The translations under genes were made by a program, and so were the position numbers. A model generated the notes under the pieces. It saw only the letters and a program-made list of their open reading frames with translations. It did not search any database and was not told where the DNA came from. From Flavobacteriaceae bacterium (GTDB taxonomy: Bacteria > Bacteroidota > Bacteroidia > Flavobacteriales > Flavobacteriaceae), in contig NVRM01000002.1 of the NCBI GenBank assembly GCA_002400885.1, positions 739-64,738 of the forward strand: a stretch of 64,000 nt of DNA. Direction: 5' to 3'. The first letter of the stretch is position 1; each line of letters opens with the position of its first letter. Positions 47,601 through 57,702 of this stretch are shown here, piece after piece.

Positions 47601-50471
47601 TTATTTTAAAGTGAACGTAACTCTACCAAATACATACCTCCCATTAAATCCAAATTGAGAAGTTCTTCTTGAAAACACAAATTGTCTTCCGTAATTACTA
47701 GAAGCTGGTACTTCGCCTGGATACACATCCAATACATTATTTGCACCTACAGCTAATTTTAAATTATCGGAAAAATCATATACTGCAGTAAAATCAGTTA
47801 TAATCTTTGCATCGTAAATTACAGGGGTAGCGCTACCTCTAAAATCAGGGTCATTAACAGATCCAAAATAAACGTTTCGCAATAAAAAGTTCCATTTTTC
47901 TATATGATAACTATTGGTCAAATTAATTTTAGTTCGAGGCATTGCATCCTCTATATAACCTTTTAATTTCTCATCCAATATCTCTACACCGATAATACTT
48001 TTTACATTTTTAACTTCGGTTTTAGAAAATGTTCCCGAGAGGCTATTATCCAAGGTTCCTTTACCTATGGACGTCTTATGCGTTATTACAATATCAATCC
48101 CAGTAGATTCAGTATCATATCCATTGGTGAAAAATTTGGCTTTCCCTGCGGATGCGGCTTTAAAAATATTATCTATTTCCGAAGCAGGAGAATCACCTGG
48201 AGGAGAATAATTACGTGTTAAACCTACCCTATTGTCCACCGAAACATAATACCCGTCTACGGTAAACTTAACACCTAAGTCAGGTAATTTAGCCGTTAAA
48301 CCAATACTCAAATTCCCAGAAGTCTCTTCTTTTAATTTAGGAATCCCTAATAAATTAGCCAAACGACTATTATTAGCAAAGGTCCCTACCTCATTTGGAA
48401 CACCATCAATAAATTGTGTAGCAGTTGCATTAAAATAAATTTGATGTAAATCTGGAGCTCTAAAACCTGTACTCACGGCAGCCCTCAAGGCAATATCGTC
48501 CGTAATTTTATAACGCGTGGCTATTTTCCAGTTAAAAGTATCCCCAAAATCACTAAAGTTTTCATAACGTAAAGCAGCACTTATTAATAATGCTTCGGAA
48601 ACATCTGCTTCAACATCTACATATCCAGCGTAACTATTCCTGTTCTGATCCACTTCATTTTCTGGTCTATACCCCGGAAAAACTTGAGCACCACCTGGAA
48701 CTAATTTCCCGAAATAACTATATATTTTATCTGTATCTGGAGTTGTTTGAGTCACTAGTTCACCATTTTTATCATAGCTTGCCCAAGAAGCTTCTTCTCC
48801 TGCAATTTCTTGATAATTCTCAATTCTATACTCCACTCCAAAGCCTACATTTAATCCTTTCATGGTGTCTTCGTAAAACTTAGAAATATCTAAATTTGTT
48901 GTGTTTTGCCCAAAAGAAAAACCTCCTGCTTCAAATTCACGTGGACTCGAAGTTCCCAAGGTCGCATTTACGGTGTTTTTAATCGTAAAATCAAAGCTAT
49001 TACTACCATATGTATTACTGAAATCTACATTCCATTCCCCTATTTTACCTTTTATTCCTACAGCCAAAGACTTGTCTTTTACTCTAGAAGCAATATGCGG
49101 TAGAAATCCATTTTCCAAAGTATTGGTAGAACCACGGCCATCTGTATATGCAGGACGCCTAAAGAATCCAGCAGACAATCCATCTCTAAAACTCATTCCT
49201 CCAAAAGAATACAATACGGAACCATTATCGTCTAAAGGTAATTCCATATTCATAAAAAACTTACCTCCACGCAATTTAGATTGTCCAACTTTCATTCTAA
49301 AATCGTCACGAGTCAAACCTCTTTGTGACAACTCATACTCAGAGACGGCTCCATTGGATCCATTTGAAGTAATAATATCGTAAAAGGAATCTCCATTGGC
49401 AATTCCAGTATCATATACCGCTTTTAAAGAAGGATCTAAACCTGCCACATAGGAAGATAATACACTAGGACTCATAGCAAACGCTTGATCATATCCTAAT
49501 TTTCTTGTTGCAATATCAAACATTGTATAAGTAGGTTGCCCCATAGCGTCACTTCTATTGGTTGCTCCTCTATTCTCCAAAGAACCTGTGAAATTAATAT
49601 AACCTCCGTTATCTCCCAACGCAATACCATAATTTGCATCTATCACAAATTTTTCACCATCCATACCTCCTTTGCCATATTTTTCGGAATGCTGACTTAT
49701 ATTTGCTCCAGTATTTAAATTAATTGTCAATTCATTGGTAGCCTTCTTTAGTATAATATTAATAACCCCAGCTACGGCATCTGAACCGTATTGTGCGGCT
49801 GCACCGTCTCTTAACACTTCAATTTTAGAAATAGCTGCTGTTGGAATTGAATTCATATCTGTACCGACAGTTCCTGTCCCTACAGTTCCATTCACATTCA
49901 CTAAGGAAGATTTATGCCTCCTCTTTCCGTTAATCAATACTAAAAGTTGATCTGGCCCTAAGCCTCTTAAAGATGCAGGATCTACATGATCAGTTCCATC
50001 TGCAACAGTTTGTGTAGTAGAAGTAAACGATGGAGCTACATAATTTAAAATTTCATTAATCGTAGTTTGTGGGCCTAGAGATGCCAACTTGGCCACATCA
50101 ATAACATCTACTGGAACTGGAGAATCTATTATAGTTCTTCCGGTACTACGTGAACCAACTAGAACTACTTCATCTAAAGTAACACCTCCTCTTAAAACGG
50201 TGTTAACAACCTTAGTCCCATCCATTACAATGGATTTATCCGTATAACCAACATACGAAAACTTTAATACATCGCCTTTTTTAATTTTCAAGGAATACTT
50301 CCCATCAAAATCTGTTGTGGTACCAGTTGAAGTTCCTTTCTGAACAACAGAAACTCCTGGGATCCCTGCCCCACTACCGTCTTTCACCGTCCCTTTAACT
50401 ACATAGCCTTGAGCCATTATAGTTATAGAAATCAACAAAAACGTTAGAAATAAATAACTTTTCTTTTTCAT
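47601..50471 (-). CDS. TonB-dependent receptor with CarboxypepD_reg-like N-terminal domain
   Basis: 956-aa ORF with a signal peptide, VKGTVKDGSGAGIPGVSVV...TDFDGKYSL, a plug (VLRDGAAAQYGSDAVAGVINI) and a long barrel. Confidence 0.9.
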   Translation of the reverse strand: MKKKSYLFLTFLLISITIMAQGYVVKGTVKDGSGAGIPGVSVVQKGTSTGTTTDFDGKYSLKIKKGDVLKFSYVGYTDKSIVMDGTKVVNTVLRGGVTLDEVVLVGSRSTGRTIIDSPVPVDVIDVAKLASLGPQTTINEILNYVAPSFTSTTQTVADGTDHVDPASLRGLGPDQLLVLINGKRRHKSSLVNVNGTVGTGTVGTDMNSIPTAAISKIEVLRDGAAAQYGSDAVAGVINIILKKATNELTINLNTGANISQHSEKYGKGGMDGEKFVIDANYGIALGDNGGYINFTGSLENRGATNRSDAMGQPTYTMFDIATRKLGYDQAFAMSPSVLSSYVAGLDPSLKAVYDTGIANGDSFYDIITSNGSNGAVSEYELSQRGLTRDDFRMKVGQSKLRGGKFFMNMELPLDDNGSVLYSFGGMSFRDGLSAGFFRRPAYTDGRGSTNTLENGFLPHIASRVKDKSLAVGIKGKIGEWNVDFSNTYGSNSFDFTIKNTVNATLGTSSPREFEAGGFSFGQNTTNLDISKFYEDTMKGLNVGFGVEYRIENYQEIAGEEASWASYDKNGELVTQTTPDTDKIYSYFGKLVPGGAQVFPGYRPENEVDQNRNSYAGYVDVEADVSEALLISAALRYENFSDFGDTFNWKIATRYKITDDIALRAAVSTGFRAPDLHQIYFNATATQFIDGVPNEVGTFANNSRLANLLGIPKLKEETSGNLSIGLTAKLPDLGVKFTVDGYYVSVDNRVGLTRNYSPPGDSPASEIDNIFKAASAGKAKFFTNGYDTESTGIDIVITHKTSIGKGTLDNSLSGTFSKTEVKNVKSIIGVEILDEKLKGYIEDAMPRTKINLTNSYHIEKWNFLLRNVYFGSVNDPDFRGSATPVIYDAKIITDFTAVYDFSDNLKLAVGANNVLDVYPGEVPASSNYGRQFVFSRRTSQFGFNGRYVFGRVTFTLK

Positions 50472-50586
50472 AAATTTATTTTTTTAATGTTCTTACATCA
50501 TAGCAATATAAAAACATTTTTTAAAAATAAACACAAAAAATAAAGAATTTTACAACAAAAACATTGTTTTATTGAATAAAAATCAA

Positions 50587-51435
50587 TTATTTACCGTTTT
50601 TATTGACAACAAAATAAATACCAATCAGTATTAAGGGTAAACTTAACACTTGTCCAGTATTTAATCCCAAAACCCAATCTTCTCGACTAGCGACCTGTGC
50701 CTCCTTAAAATATTCAATAACAAATCTCACCGTCCATAAGGCAGTAAAAGAGAGTCCAAACAAAAATCCTGTCTTCTTTTTTAAATCTGTTTTCCAATAC
50801 AAAAACCACACGATAAAAAACAGAAGTAAATAACTTAAAGCTTCGTAAATCTGTGTAGGGTGGCGTGGAATTGTCTCCCCAGCTCTTGTAAAAATAAAAC
50901 CAATGGCTAAATCTGTAGGTTTCCCGTAGATTTCGGAATTCATTAAATTCCCCATACGAACACAAAAACCTGCAAATAGTACAACTAAAGCAATTCTATC
51001 CAACAACCATAACAATGGCATTTTCAATATATTTTTACTGTATAAATACAATCCTATAATAATCCCTACAGCTGCGCCATGGCTTGCAAGCCCCTGAAAA
51101 CCTGTAAACCTATAACCATCTATAAACCATAACAATGTTCCTTTTGGATCTTCTTTTATCGGTAATAGAATCTCTAACAAGTGATGTTGGTAATAGTCCC
51201 AGCTGTAAAAAAACACTTCACCCAATCGCATTCCAATAAACATAGAAAGGATGGTATACATAAATAAAGGATCCAATTTTTCCAAGGAGACTTTATCATT
51301 GATAAATATCTTTTTCATGAAATGTAATCCTACTACAAATGCCACTACAAATAACAAGCTGTAATAACGGATACCAAAGCCTCCTATATGAAATATTATT
51401 GGATCTGGATTCCAATCAATAGATAGTGTAATCAT
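50587..51435 (-). CDS. lgt: Prolipoprotein diacylglyceryl transferase
   Basis: 282-aa polytopic ORF with Lgt-type motifs (GIRYYSL, RMGNLMNSEIYGKPT, HPTQIYE). Confidence 0.92.
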   Translation of the reverse strand: MITLSIDWNPDPIIFHIGGFGIRYYSLLFVVAFVVGLHFMKKIFINDKVSLEKLDPLFMYTILSMFIGMRLGEVFFYSWDYYQHHLLEILLPIKEDPKGTLLWFIDGYRFTGFQGLASHGAAVGIIIGLYLYSKNILKMPLLWLLDRIALVVLFAGFCVRMGNLMNSEIYGKPTDLAIGFIFTRAGETIPRHPTQIYEALSYLLLFFIVWFLYWKTDLKKKTGFLFGLSFTALWTVRFVIEYFKEAQVASREDWVLGLNTGQVLSLPLILIGIYFVVNKNGK

Positions 51436-51443
51436 AATTATAT

Positions 51444-51704
51444 TTATTTATGTTTGTTCAATTTTTTTTCGTTTTCAGGAACTGGGTCGTAGCCTGAACC
51501 ACCCCAAGGATGGCAACTAAATATTCTTTTTAAAGCTAACATCCCTCCTCTTGCAATCCCATGTTTTTGCAATGCTTCTATCGTATAACTAGAGCAAGTA
51601 GGTGAATACCTACAACTAGCTGGAGTATAAGGAGAAATGGCCGCTTGGTAAAAACGGACCAACCAAATAAATGGAATCGCAAGTATTTTTTTAATACGAC
51701 TCAC
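51444..51704 (-). CDS. yidD: Membrane protein insertion efficiency factor YidD
   Basis: 86-aa ORF with [19 protein letters not shown]. Its start abuts the cysS stop with no spacer. Confidence 0.9.
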   Translation of the reverse strand: MSRIKKILAIPFIWLVRFYQAAISPYTPASCRYSPTCSSYTIEALQKHGIARGGMLALKRIFSCHPWGGSGYDPVPENEKKLNKHK

Positions 51705-53183
51705 TTAACTTACCGTAAAAGAGGTACCTTCTTTACCATCTTTTAATTGAATTCCTAATTCTACCAACTCATTTCTAATTTGGTCAGACAAGGCCCAATC
51801 CTTATTATCTCTTGCTTCTTTTCTGAGTTTTATTAACAATGTTACAACACCTTCAAGCTTATCTGAATGATTATTTTCTGACTCGTTTGGCAAACCTAAA
51901 ACATCAAATACAAATGCATTTATAGTCGTGGTAAACAAGGCTAAATCAGCCGCTGTAATCGTAGCTTTATTATCTTTTAACAAATTCACTTGCTTTACTG
52001 CATCAAATAACTGTGCGATCAAAATCGGGCTGTTAAAATCATCATTCATAGCATTGTAACATTTCTGTTTCCATGCTTTGACATCAAACGAACTTTCTTT
52101 TGACACAGCTATTCCTGGTAAAAAAGAAATCGCTTCCATCAGTTTTGAATGTCCTTTTTCAGAAGCTTCTAAAGCAACACTAGAAAAATCTAAGATACTG
52201 CGATAATTTGCCTGTAACATAAAGAAACGAACGACTCCGGCAGTAAAAGGCTTACTTAAAATGGTATTATCTCCAGAAAATATTTCCTCAGGAAGTATGT
52301 TGTTCCCAGTAGACTTCGCCATTTTCTGACCATTTAATGTCAGCATATTCGCATGCATCCAATAATTTACGGGGTGTACACCATTCGTGGTTTTAGACTG
52401 AGCAATTTCACATTCATGATGTGGGAATTTTAAATCCATTCCTCCTCCGTGAATATCAAATTGTTTTCCTAAATATTTTGTACTCATCGCCGAACATTCT
52501 AAATGCCATCCTGGAAATCCATCACTCCATGGAGATGGCCAACGCATAATATGATGCTTGTCTGCTTTTTTCCAAAGTGCAAAATCTTGTGGATTCTTTT
52601 TCTCGGACTGTCCGTCCAATGCACGTGTGTTATGAATGGAGTCTTCTATGTTTCTTCCTGAGAGAATCCCGTAATGTTCGGTTTCATTGTATTTTATGAC
52701 ATCAAAATAAACAGATCCATTTATTTCATAGGCCATCCCTTTATCTATAATCTCTTTTATAATTTCGATTTGTTCGACAATATGCCCTGTTGCAGTAGGC
52801 TCTATACTTGGAGGAATGTTATTAAACTTCTGTAAAGTTGTATGAAAATCCACCGTATATCGCTGAACCACTTCCATCGGTTCGATCTGTTCTAGGCGTG
52901 CTTTTTTAGCAATTCTATCTTCTCCTTCATCGGCATCGTTTTCTAAATGCCCTGCATCAGTAATGTTTCGAACATAACGCACCTTAAATCCTAAATGTTT
53001 TAGATATCTAAATACTAAATCAAACGACATAAACGTACGTACATTTCCCAAATGCACATTACTATAAACCGTTGGTCCACAGACATACATTCCCACATTT
53101 CCTTCTACAATTGGCGTAAACTCTTCTTTCTTTTTAGAAAGTGAGTTATATATCTTAAGCTGTTGTTCCTTATATAATTCCAT
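51705..53183 (-). CDS. cysS: Cysteine--tRNA ligase
   Basis: 492-aa ORF with HIGH-type (NVHLGNVRT) and KMSKS-type (KMAKS) motifs, plus zinc/cysteine-site residues (WHLEC). Confidence 0.95.
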   Translation of the reverse strand: MELYKEQQLKIYNSLSKKKEEFTPIVEGNVGMYVCGPTVYSNVHLGNVRTFMSFDLVFRYLKHLGFKVRYVRNITDAGHLENDADEGEDRIAKKARLEQIEPMEVVQRYTVDFHTTLQKFNNIPPSIEPTATGHIVEQIEIIKEIIDKGMAYEINGSVYFDVIKYNETEHYGILSGRNIEDSIHNTRALDGQSEKKNPQDFALWKKADKHHIMRWPSPWSDGFPGWHLECSAMSTKYLGKQFDIHGGGMDLKFPHHECEIAQSKTTNGVHPVNYWMHANMLTLNGQKMAKSTGNNILPEEIFSGDNTILSKPFTAGVVRFFMLQANYRSILDFSSVALEASEKGHSKLMEAISFLPGIAVSKESSFDVKAWKQKCYNAMNDDFNSPILIAQLFDAVKQVNLLKDNKATITAADLALFTTTINAFVFDVLGLPNESENNHSDKLEGVVTLLIKLRKEARDNKDWALSDQIRNELVELGIQLKDGKEGTSFTVS

Positions 53184-53368
53184 AAAATTATTGCAATAAA
53201 TAAGTGGTAAAGATACAATTTATTGCTGCACTGAAAAAAATATTAGTTCTAGTTTTAAACAAACAATTTTATTAATTTCTGTAATAGTTACCACGGTTTA
53301 TAAAAAAGATTAGTAATTTTATCGTTTGATTAGAATTTCAATCAAAAAACCCTAAAAAATAAGACACT

Positions 53369-54094
53369 TTGCTGAAGCCATACCAATTTACTGTGATCAT
53401 CCCCGTCTACAACGAAGTGGACAATTTACTACGCGTAGAGCAGGAAATGCTTGCATTTATAAAAGTGGCAATTAAAAAAACGACGGTTTTATTTATCAAT
53501 GATGGCAGTAATGACGGCAGCTTAAAAATGATTGTTGAAATCTGTAAAAGAAACAGTGATTTCCAATACGTATCTTTTGATAAAAATTATGGTTTGAGCA
53601 CTGCATTGTCAGCAGGTTTCCATCAGTGTAAGACGGAATTCCTAGGTTATATTGATTCCGATTTACAAACAAGTCCTTCCGACTTTAATCTTTTATTGGA
53701 GCATGCATCCGATTATGATCTGATCACCGGTGTTCGACGCAACCGAAAAGATACACTCATCAAAAAAACATCATCCCTCATCGCCAATAACATTAGAAAA
53801 GTTTTCACCCATGACGGCATGGAAGACACGGGCTGTCCTTTAAAAGTGATTAAAACAGCGTCTGCAAAAAACATCCCTATGTTTAAGGGACTGCATCGTT
53901 TTTTACCCGCTATGATTTTATTGCAAAACGGCCAAATAAAACAAGTTACTGTTCAGCATTTTCCGCGTATTGCAGGAGAGGCAAAATATGGAGTTTGGAA
54001 CAGGTTAGCAGGACCATTGACAGACTGTTTCGCCTATTTATGGATGAAGAAAAAGTACATTAACTACACGCTAGAAACGACAAGTAATGAATAG
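53369..54094 (+). CDS. GT2 polyprenol-phosphate glycosyltransferase (ArnC/DPM1-like)
   Basis: 241-aa ORF with a TTG start and the motifs IIPVYNE, NDGSNDGS and DSDLQ (DxD). Confidence 0.85.
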   Translation: MLKPYQFTVIIPVYNEVDNLLRVEQEMLAFIKVAIKKTTVLFINDGSNDGSLKMIVEICKRNSDFQYVSFDKNYGLSTALSAGFHQCKTEFLGYIDSDLQTSPSDFNLLLEHASDYDLITGVRRNRKDTLIKKTSSLIANNIRKVFTHDGMEDTGCPLKVIKTASAKNIPMFKGLHRFLPAMILLQNGQIKQVTVQHFPRIAGEAKYGVWNRLAGPLTDCFAYLWMKKKYINYTLETTSNE

Positions 54095-54713
54095 TTCCAT
54101 TATTTATTGCATTGGTTTTTTAGCACAACTACTCTTTTCTACTAGATTAATCGTGCAATGGGTATCTTCTGAAAAACACAAAAAAGTATCTACAAACGCT
54201 CTCTTTTGGAAATTGAGTTTAATCGCTTCTTTTTTATTGTTTATCTATGGTTTTTTACGCAATGATTTTTCTATCATGTTGGGACAAATAATCACCTATT
54301 TTATATACATACGAAATTTACATCTACAAAAAGAATGGCAAAAGACCCCTAAAGCAATCCAGCTATTTATATTGTTTTTTCCTTTAATTCTGAGTGTCTA
54401 TTTCTTTTTTTACAGGGAAACATCTTATAATTTTGACTTGCTGTTTTTAAATCAGGACATTCCTTCCCCACTACTTATATGGGGTATCATTGCTCAATTA
54501 ATTTTTACCTTTAGATTTATTTATCAATGGTTATATTCTGAAAAAAAGAAAGAATCCTCTTTGCCTCTTGGCTTTTGGATACTAAGTCTTATCGGATCCT
54601 CCATGATATTAATTTATGCCATTATCCGAAAGGATCCCGTCTTATTTATAGGTCATATTATGGGCATCTTCATTTACAGTAGAAACCTAGTGATTTTAAA
54701 GAAACAATCATGA
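54087..54713 (+). CDS. Membrane protein with two LAB_N (lipid-A-disaccharide synthase N-terminal) domains
   Basis: 208-aa ORF with the QLLFSTRLIVQWVSSEK signature repeated as QLIFTFRFIYQWLYSEK. It overlaps both neighbouring genes (8 nt and 4 nt). Confidence 0.8.
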   Translation: MNSSIIYCIGFLAQLLFSTRLIVQWVSSEKHKKVSTNALFWKLSLIASFLLFIYGFLRNDFSIMLGQIITYFIYIRNLHLQKEWQKTPKAIQLFILFFPLILSVYFFFYRETSYNFDLLFLNQDIPSPLLIWGIIAQLIFTFRFIYQWLYSEKKKESSLPLGFWILSLIGSSMILIYAIIRKDPVLFIGHIMGIFIYSRNLVILKKQS

Positions 54714-56326
54714 TTTCAATCCTTGAAAAAAAACCCTTATTCAGCCTTCTAATTGTTGTGATTTTCATGCTGCTGGTACATTTAGACCTTCCTAATATTA
54801 CGATTATGGAAGCGCGTAATTTTATTACTATGCGTGAAATGGTGCAAGAAAACCATTGGTTATCAACCACAATGAATGGTCAGCCCCGCTACGAAAAACC
54901 TCCATTACCCACATGGATAACAGCCTTATCTACCATTATTTTTCAGTCAAAAAGCTTATGGACACTTCGCTTCCCTACGGCTATGATGGTATATATAACC
55001 GGTGTTTTTGCATATTTAATTTCACTTAAAATAAACCTAAGTAAGCAGTTGAGTTTTATCAATGCCCTTATCACCGTCACGTCCTTTTACATCTTTGCGA
55101 TTACAAACGAAGCTCCATGGGACATTTACGCACATGCATTTACCCTTATTGCCATTTATTATTTGATACAAATTTTCCAATCTAAATCCCCCCTAATCAA
55201 ACACGGAATACTTGTTGGTTTTTTTCTTGCTTGTTCCATCCTTAGTAAAGGGCCTGTATCCATATTTGCCGTACTCATTCCGTTTTTAATAAGTTATGGC
55301 ATCACATTTAAATTTGGCGGTCTCAAAAAAAACACCATTCCGCTACTTTTCACCCTAAGTATCTCCTTAGTAATAGGACTCAGTTGGTTTGTATATATTA
55401 GATTCGAAAATCCCTTAGATTTTTCTTCTATTGCGAAAGAGGAAATTAACAATTGGGCGCATTATAATACCCGACCTTTTTATTATTACTGGAGCTTTTT
55501 TATACAATCTGGTATCTGGACCCTTCCCGCATTGATTGGCTTGTTTTATCCATATATTGCAAAAAAAACACGCTTTAAACAAGCTTACAAGTTTACTTTT
55601 TTATGGACCCTAATAGCCGTGATTTTATTATCCTGTATTCCTGAAAAGAAATCTCGGTATTTAATGCCTGTACTTATACCATTAGCCCTAAATACTGGAT
55701 TTTATATTCATTACTTAATAGGAAACTTTAAGTCCATAGATAGATCATGGGAAAAAACAATCGTGTATATAGGTTTTGGGATCGTTGCAGTAATTGGCTT
55801 ATTATTCCCTATTGCACTCTACTACATCCTACAGGGCAACCCTGATGGAAATATCGCTGCGGGGATTGTTTTAGCCTTGATCCTTTTCAGCTTAAGCGTA
55901 CTTATATTCTACTATTTAAAAAACAAACAGGTCTTGCATGTTTTTTACTCTACCGTACTATTTATGATAAGTGCTTTATTTTTTGGCCCTCCATTTTCTG
56001 TATCTATTTATAAAAACCCTCAGTTTACCTCCATTAGTGAGCTCACAAAATTGGAAGAAAATTTAGCCATTACTACCTATAGTTATTTTGAATTAAGCCC
56101 AGAATTTATCTGGACTTATGGGGATATCATAAAAGACCTAGACCGCAAACTAAACCGGGTCACAGAAAACGAATTTGGGCTTATTGTAAATGAGGAAGAC
56201 TTATCCGATTTTAAAGAAAACCTTCCAAAAGGCTATAAGGCTAAAAAAATAACGAGCTACAATCATAACTTTAACACAAAACAAAACCCTAGACTCATAA
56301 TCCATTATTTTATTCTTTCAAAATAA
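54710..56326 (+). CDS. GT-C fold glycosyltransferase (ArnT/PMT_2, family 39/83-like)
   Basis: 538-aa polytopic ORF whose N-terminal loop (ARNFITMREM ... YEKPPLPTW) is typical of ArnT-like enzymes. Confidence 0.8.
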   Translation: MISILEKKPLFSLLIVVIFMLLVHLDLPNITIMEARNFITMREMVQENHWLSTTMNGQPRYEKPPLPTWITALSTIIFQSKSLWTLRFPTAMMVYITGVFAYLISLKINLSKQLSFINALITVTSFYIFAITNEAPWDIYAHAFTLIAIYYLIQIFQSKSPLIKHGILVGFFLACSILSKGPVSIFAVLIPFLISYGITFKFGGLKKNTIPLLFTLSISLVIGLSWFVYIRFENPLDFSSIAKEEINNWAHYNTRPFYYYWSFFIQSGIWTLPALIGLFYPYIAKKTRFKQAYKFTFLWTLIAVILLSCIPEKKSRYLMPVLIPLALNTGFYIHYLIGNFKSIDRSWEKTIVYIGFGIVAVIGLLFPIALYYILQGNPDGNIAAGIVLALILFSLSVLIFYYLKNKQVLHVFYSTVLFMISALFFGPPFSVSIYKNPQFTSISELTKLEENLAITTYSYFELSPEFIWTYGDIIKDLDRKLNRVTENEFGLIVNEEDLSDFKENLPKGYKAKKITSYNHNFNTKQNPRLIIHYFILSK

Positions 56327-56353
56327 TTGTATTTTTGCCACAAATTAAATATC

Positions 56354-57028
56354 ATGAAACACATCCCAATTACAAAATTGGAAACAATAAGTTACACCAT
56401 CCTAGCCATTATCTTAGGAGTTGGCGCTTATTTTTCCTTTACAGACGACAGCTATTTTAATGGTGTATATGCTGCTGAAGACGGCTTAGCAGAATCAGCT
56501 ACAGCAGTAGTTTTATTTGCTATTAGTGTACTTACAAGTATCCGTTTATTCAAATTATGGTCTTCAAAAAAAGGTTTATGGAAATTTGGAATGATCGTAC
56601 TTATACTTGTATTTGTTTTTGGAGCTGGTGAAGAAATTTCATGGGGGCAACGTATTTTCAATGTTGAATCTTCGGAGTATTTCTTAGAAAACAATGACCA
56701 AGGAGAAACCAACTTTCACAATATGGTGGTAAACGGAAAGAAAGTAAACAAGATTGTATTTAGCCAGATTTTAACCTTAATATTGGTTATTTACTTACTC
56801 ATATTACCAATTTTATACAGAAAAAGTGAATGGGTACGTAACTTTGTCAATCAGTTTTCTGTACCAGTAGCTACTTGGAGTCAAGTTATTGCATTCCTTA
56901 GTCTAACGGCTATTATTGCAATCATGCCTTCTAGTAGGAAATGGGAATTATACGAATTAGGATTTGGAATGATTTTCTTCTTAATTGTATACAATCCATA
57001 CAATATAGCAGTAGTCTATAAAAAATAA
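56354..57028 (+). CDS. Polytopic membrane protein of unknown function
   Basis: 224 aa from ATG 56354 (MKHIPITKLE), with about 6 TM segments. It lies directly downstream of the ArnT-like gene. Confidence 0.7.
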   Translation: MKHIPITKLETISYTILAIILGVGAYFSFTDDSYFNGVYAAEDGLAESATAVVLFAISVLTSIRLFKLWSSKKGLWKFGMIVLILVFVFGAGEEISWGQRIFNVESSEYFLENNDQGETNFHNMVVNGKKVNKIVFSQILTLILVIYLLILPILYRKSEWVRNFVNQFSVPVATWSQVIAFLSLTAIIAIMPSSRKWELYELGFGMIFFLIVYNPYNIAVVYKK

Positions 57029-57042
57029 GCAAATCACCCTAT

Positions 57043-57086
57043 AAAAAAAGACGATTGAAACTACCTTGTTTCAATCGTCTTTTTTA
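57043..57086. terminator. Bidirectional terminator
   Basis: 14-bp perfect stem AAGACGATTGAAAC/GTTTCAATCGTCTT with a 6-nt loop, flanked by A7 and T5, between convergent genes. Confidence 0.85.
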
Positions 57087-57123
57087 TGTTTCTAAGCTAG
57101 CGTAAACACGGCTTAATCTTGAA

Positions 57124-57702
57124 TTAACTTAATTGCTTATTGTATTTTTTGAATACAAACTTCGCCATATTATAAAATAGAATTCCATAAGTACTCCCTA
57201 CAAAAAAACCAAATAAGATATCTGCAGGAAAATGCACCCCGATATAAATACGACTATAAGCAACAATGAGTGCCCAAATTAACAAGCCTGTAAATACATG
57301 CTTATAATAATTCCTAAGCAACAAGCCAAAATATACAGCCACTGCAGCCGAATTTGCCGCATGGGCAGAAAAGAAAGAATATTTCCCTCCACAGCTAGAT
57401 TTCACTAAACGAGTTAAATCCATCAAATCCCCGTCATGGCATGGTCTCAAACGTCTTAATCCATATTTAAATAGCTGTGATGTTTGATCTGACAATGCTA
57501 TTAATAACAAGATAAAAACAACCGCCACCACTGTTTTTTTCAGACCTATGCTTTTATAGGTTACAAACAACAGTACGATATACAATGGGATCGCAGTAAA
57601 CTTATTGGTCATAAGTAACCAAAAACCATCCCATTGCACCGTTCCTAAATTATTTAGGTATAAAAAAAGTGCGATATCATTTTCTAATATTGAATCTAAC
57701 AC
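57124..57702 (-). CDS. PAP2-family lipid phosphatase
   Basis: 192-aa polytopic ORF with the PAP2 motifs KYGLRRLRP, SFFSAH and SRIYIGVHFPAD. Confidence 0.85.
   Translation of the reverse strand: MLDSILENDIALFLYLNNLGTVQWDGFWLLMTNKFTAIPLYIVLLFVTYKSIGLKKTVVAVVFILLLIALSDQTSQLFKYGLRRLRPCHDGDLMDLTRLVKSSCGGKYSFFSAHAANSAAVAVYFGLLLRNYYKHVFTGLLIWALIVAYSRIYIGVHFPADILFGFFVGSTYGILFYNMAKFVFKKYNKQLS

Noticed and set aside
48590-49950. Several 60-160-aa plus-strand ORFs inside the 956-aa TonB receptor gene. Similar antisense ORFs occur inside valS, pntAA, pntB, rocD, the ABC-F gene, the NUDIX gene, the PhoD-like gene and recF.
   Set aside because: They are fully nested antisense to long, motif-supported genes, with odd composition and no independent signals. 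They are typical shadow ORFs.
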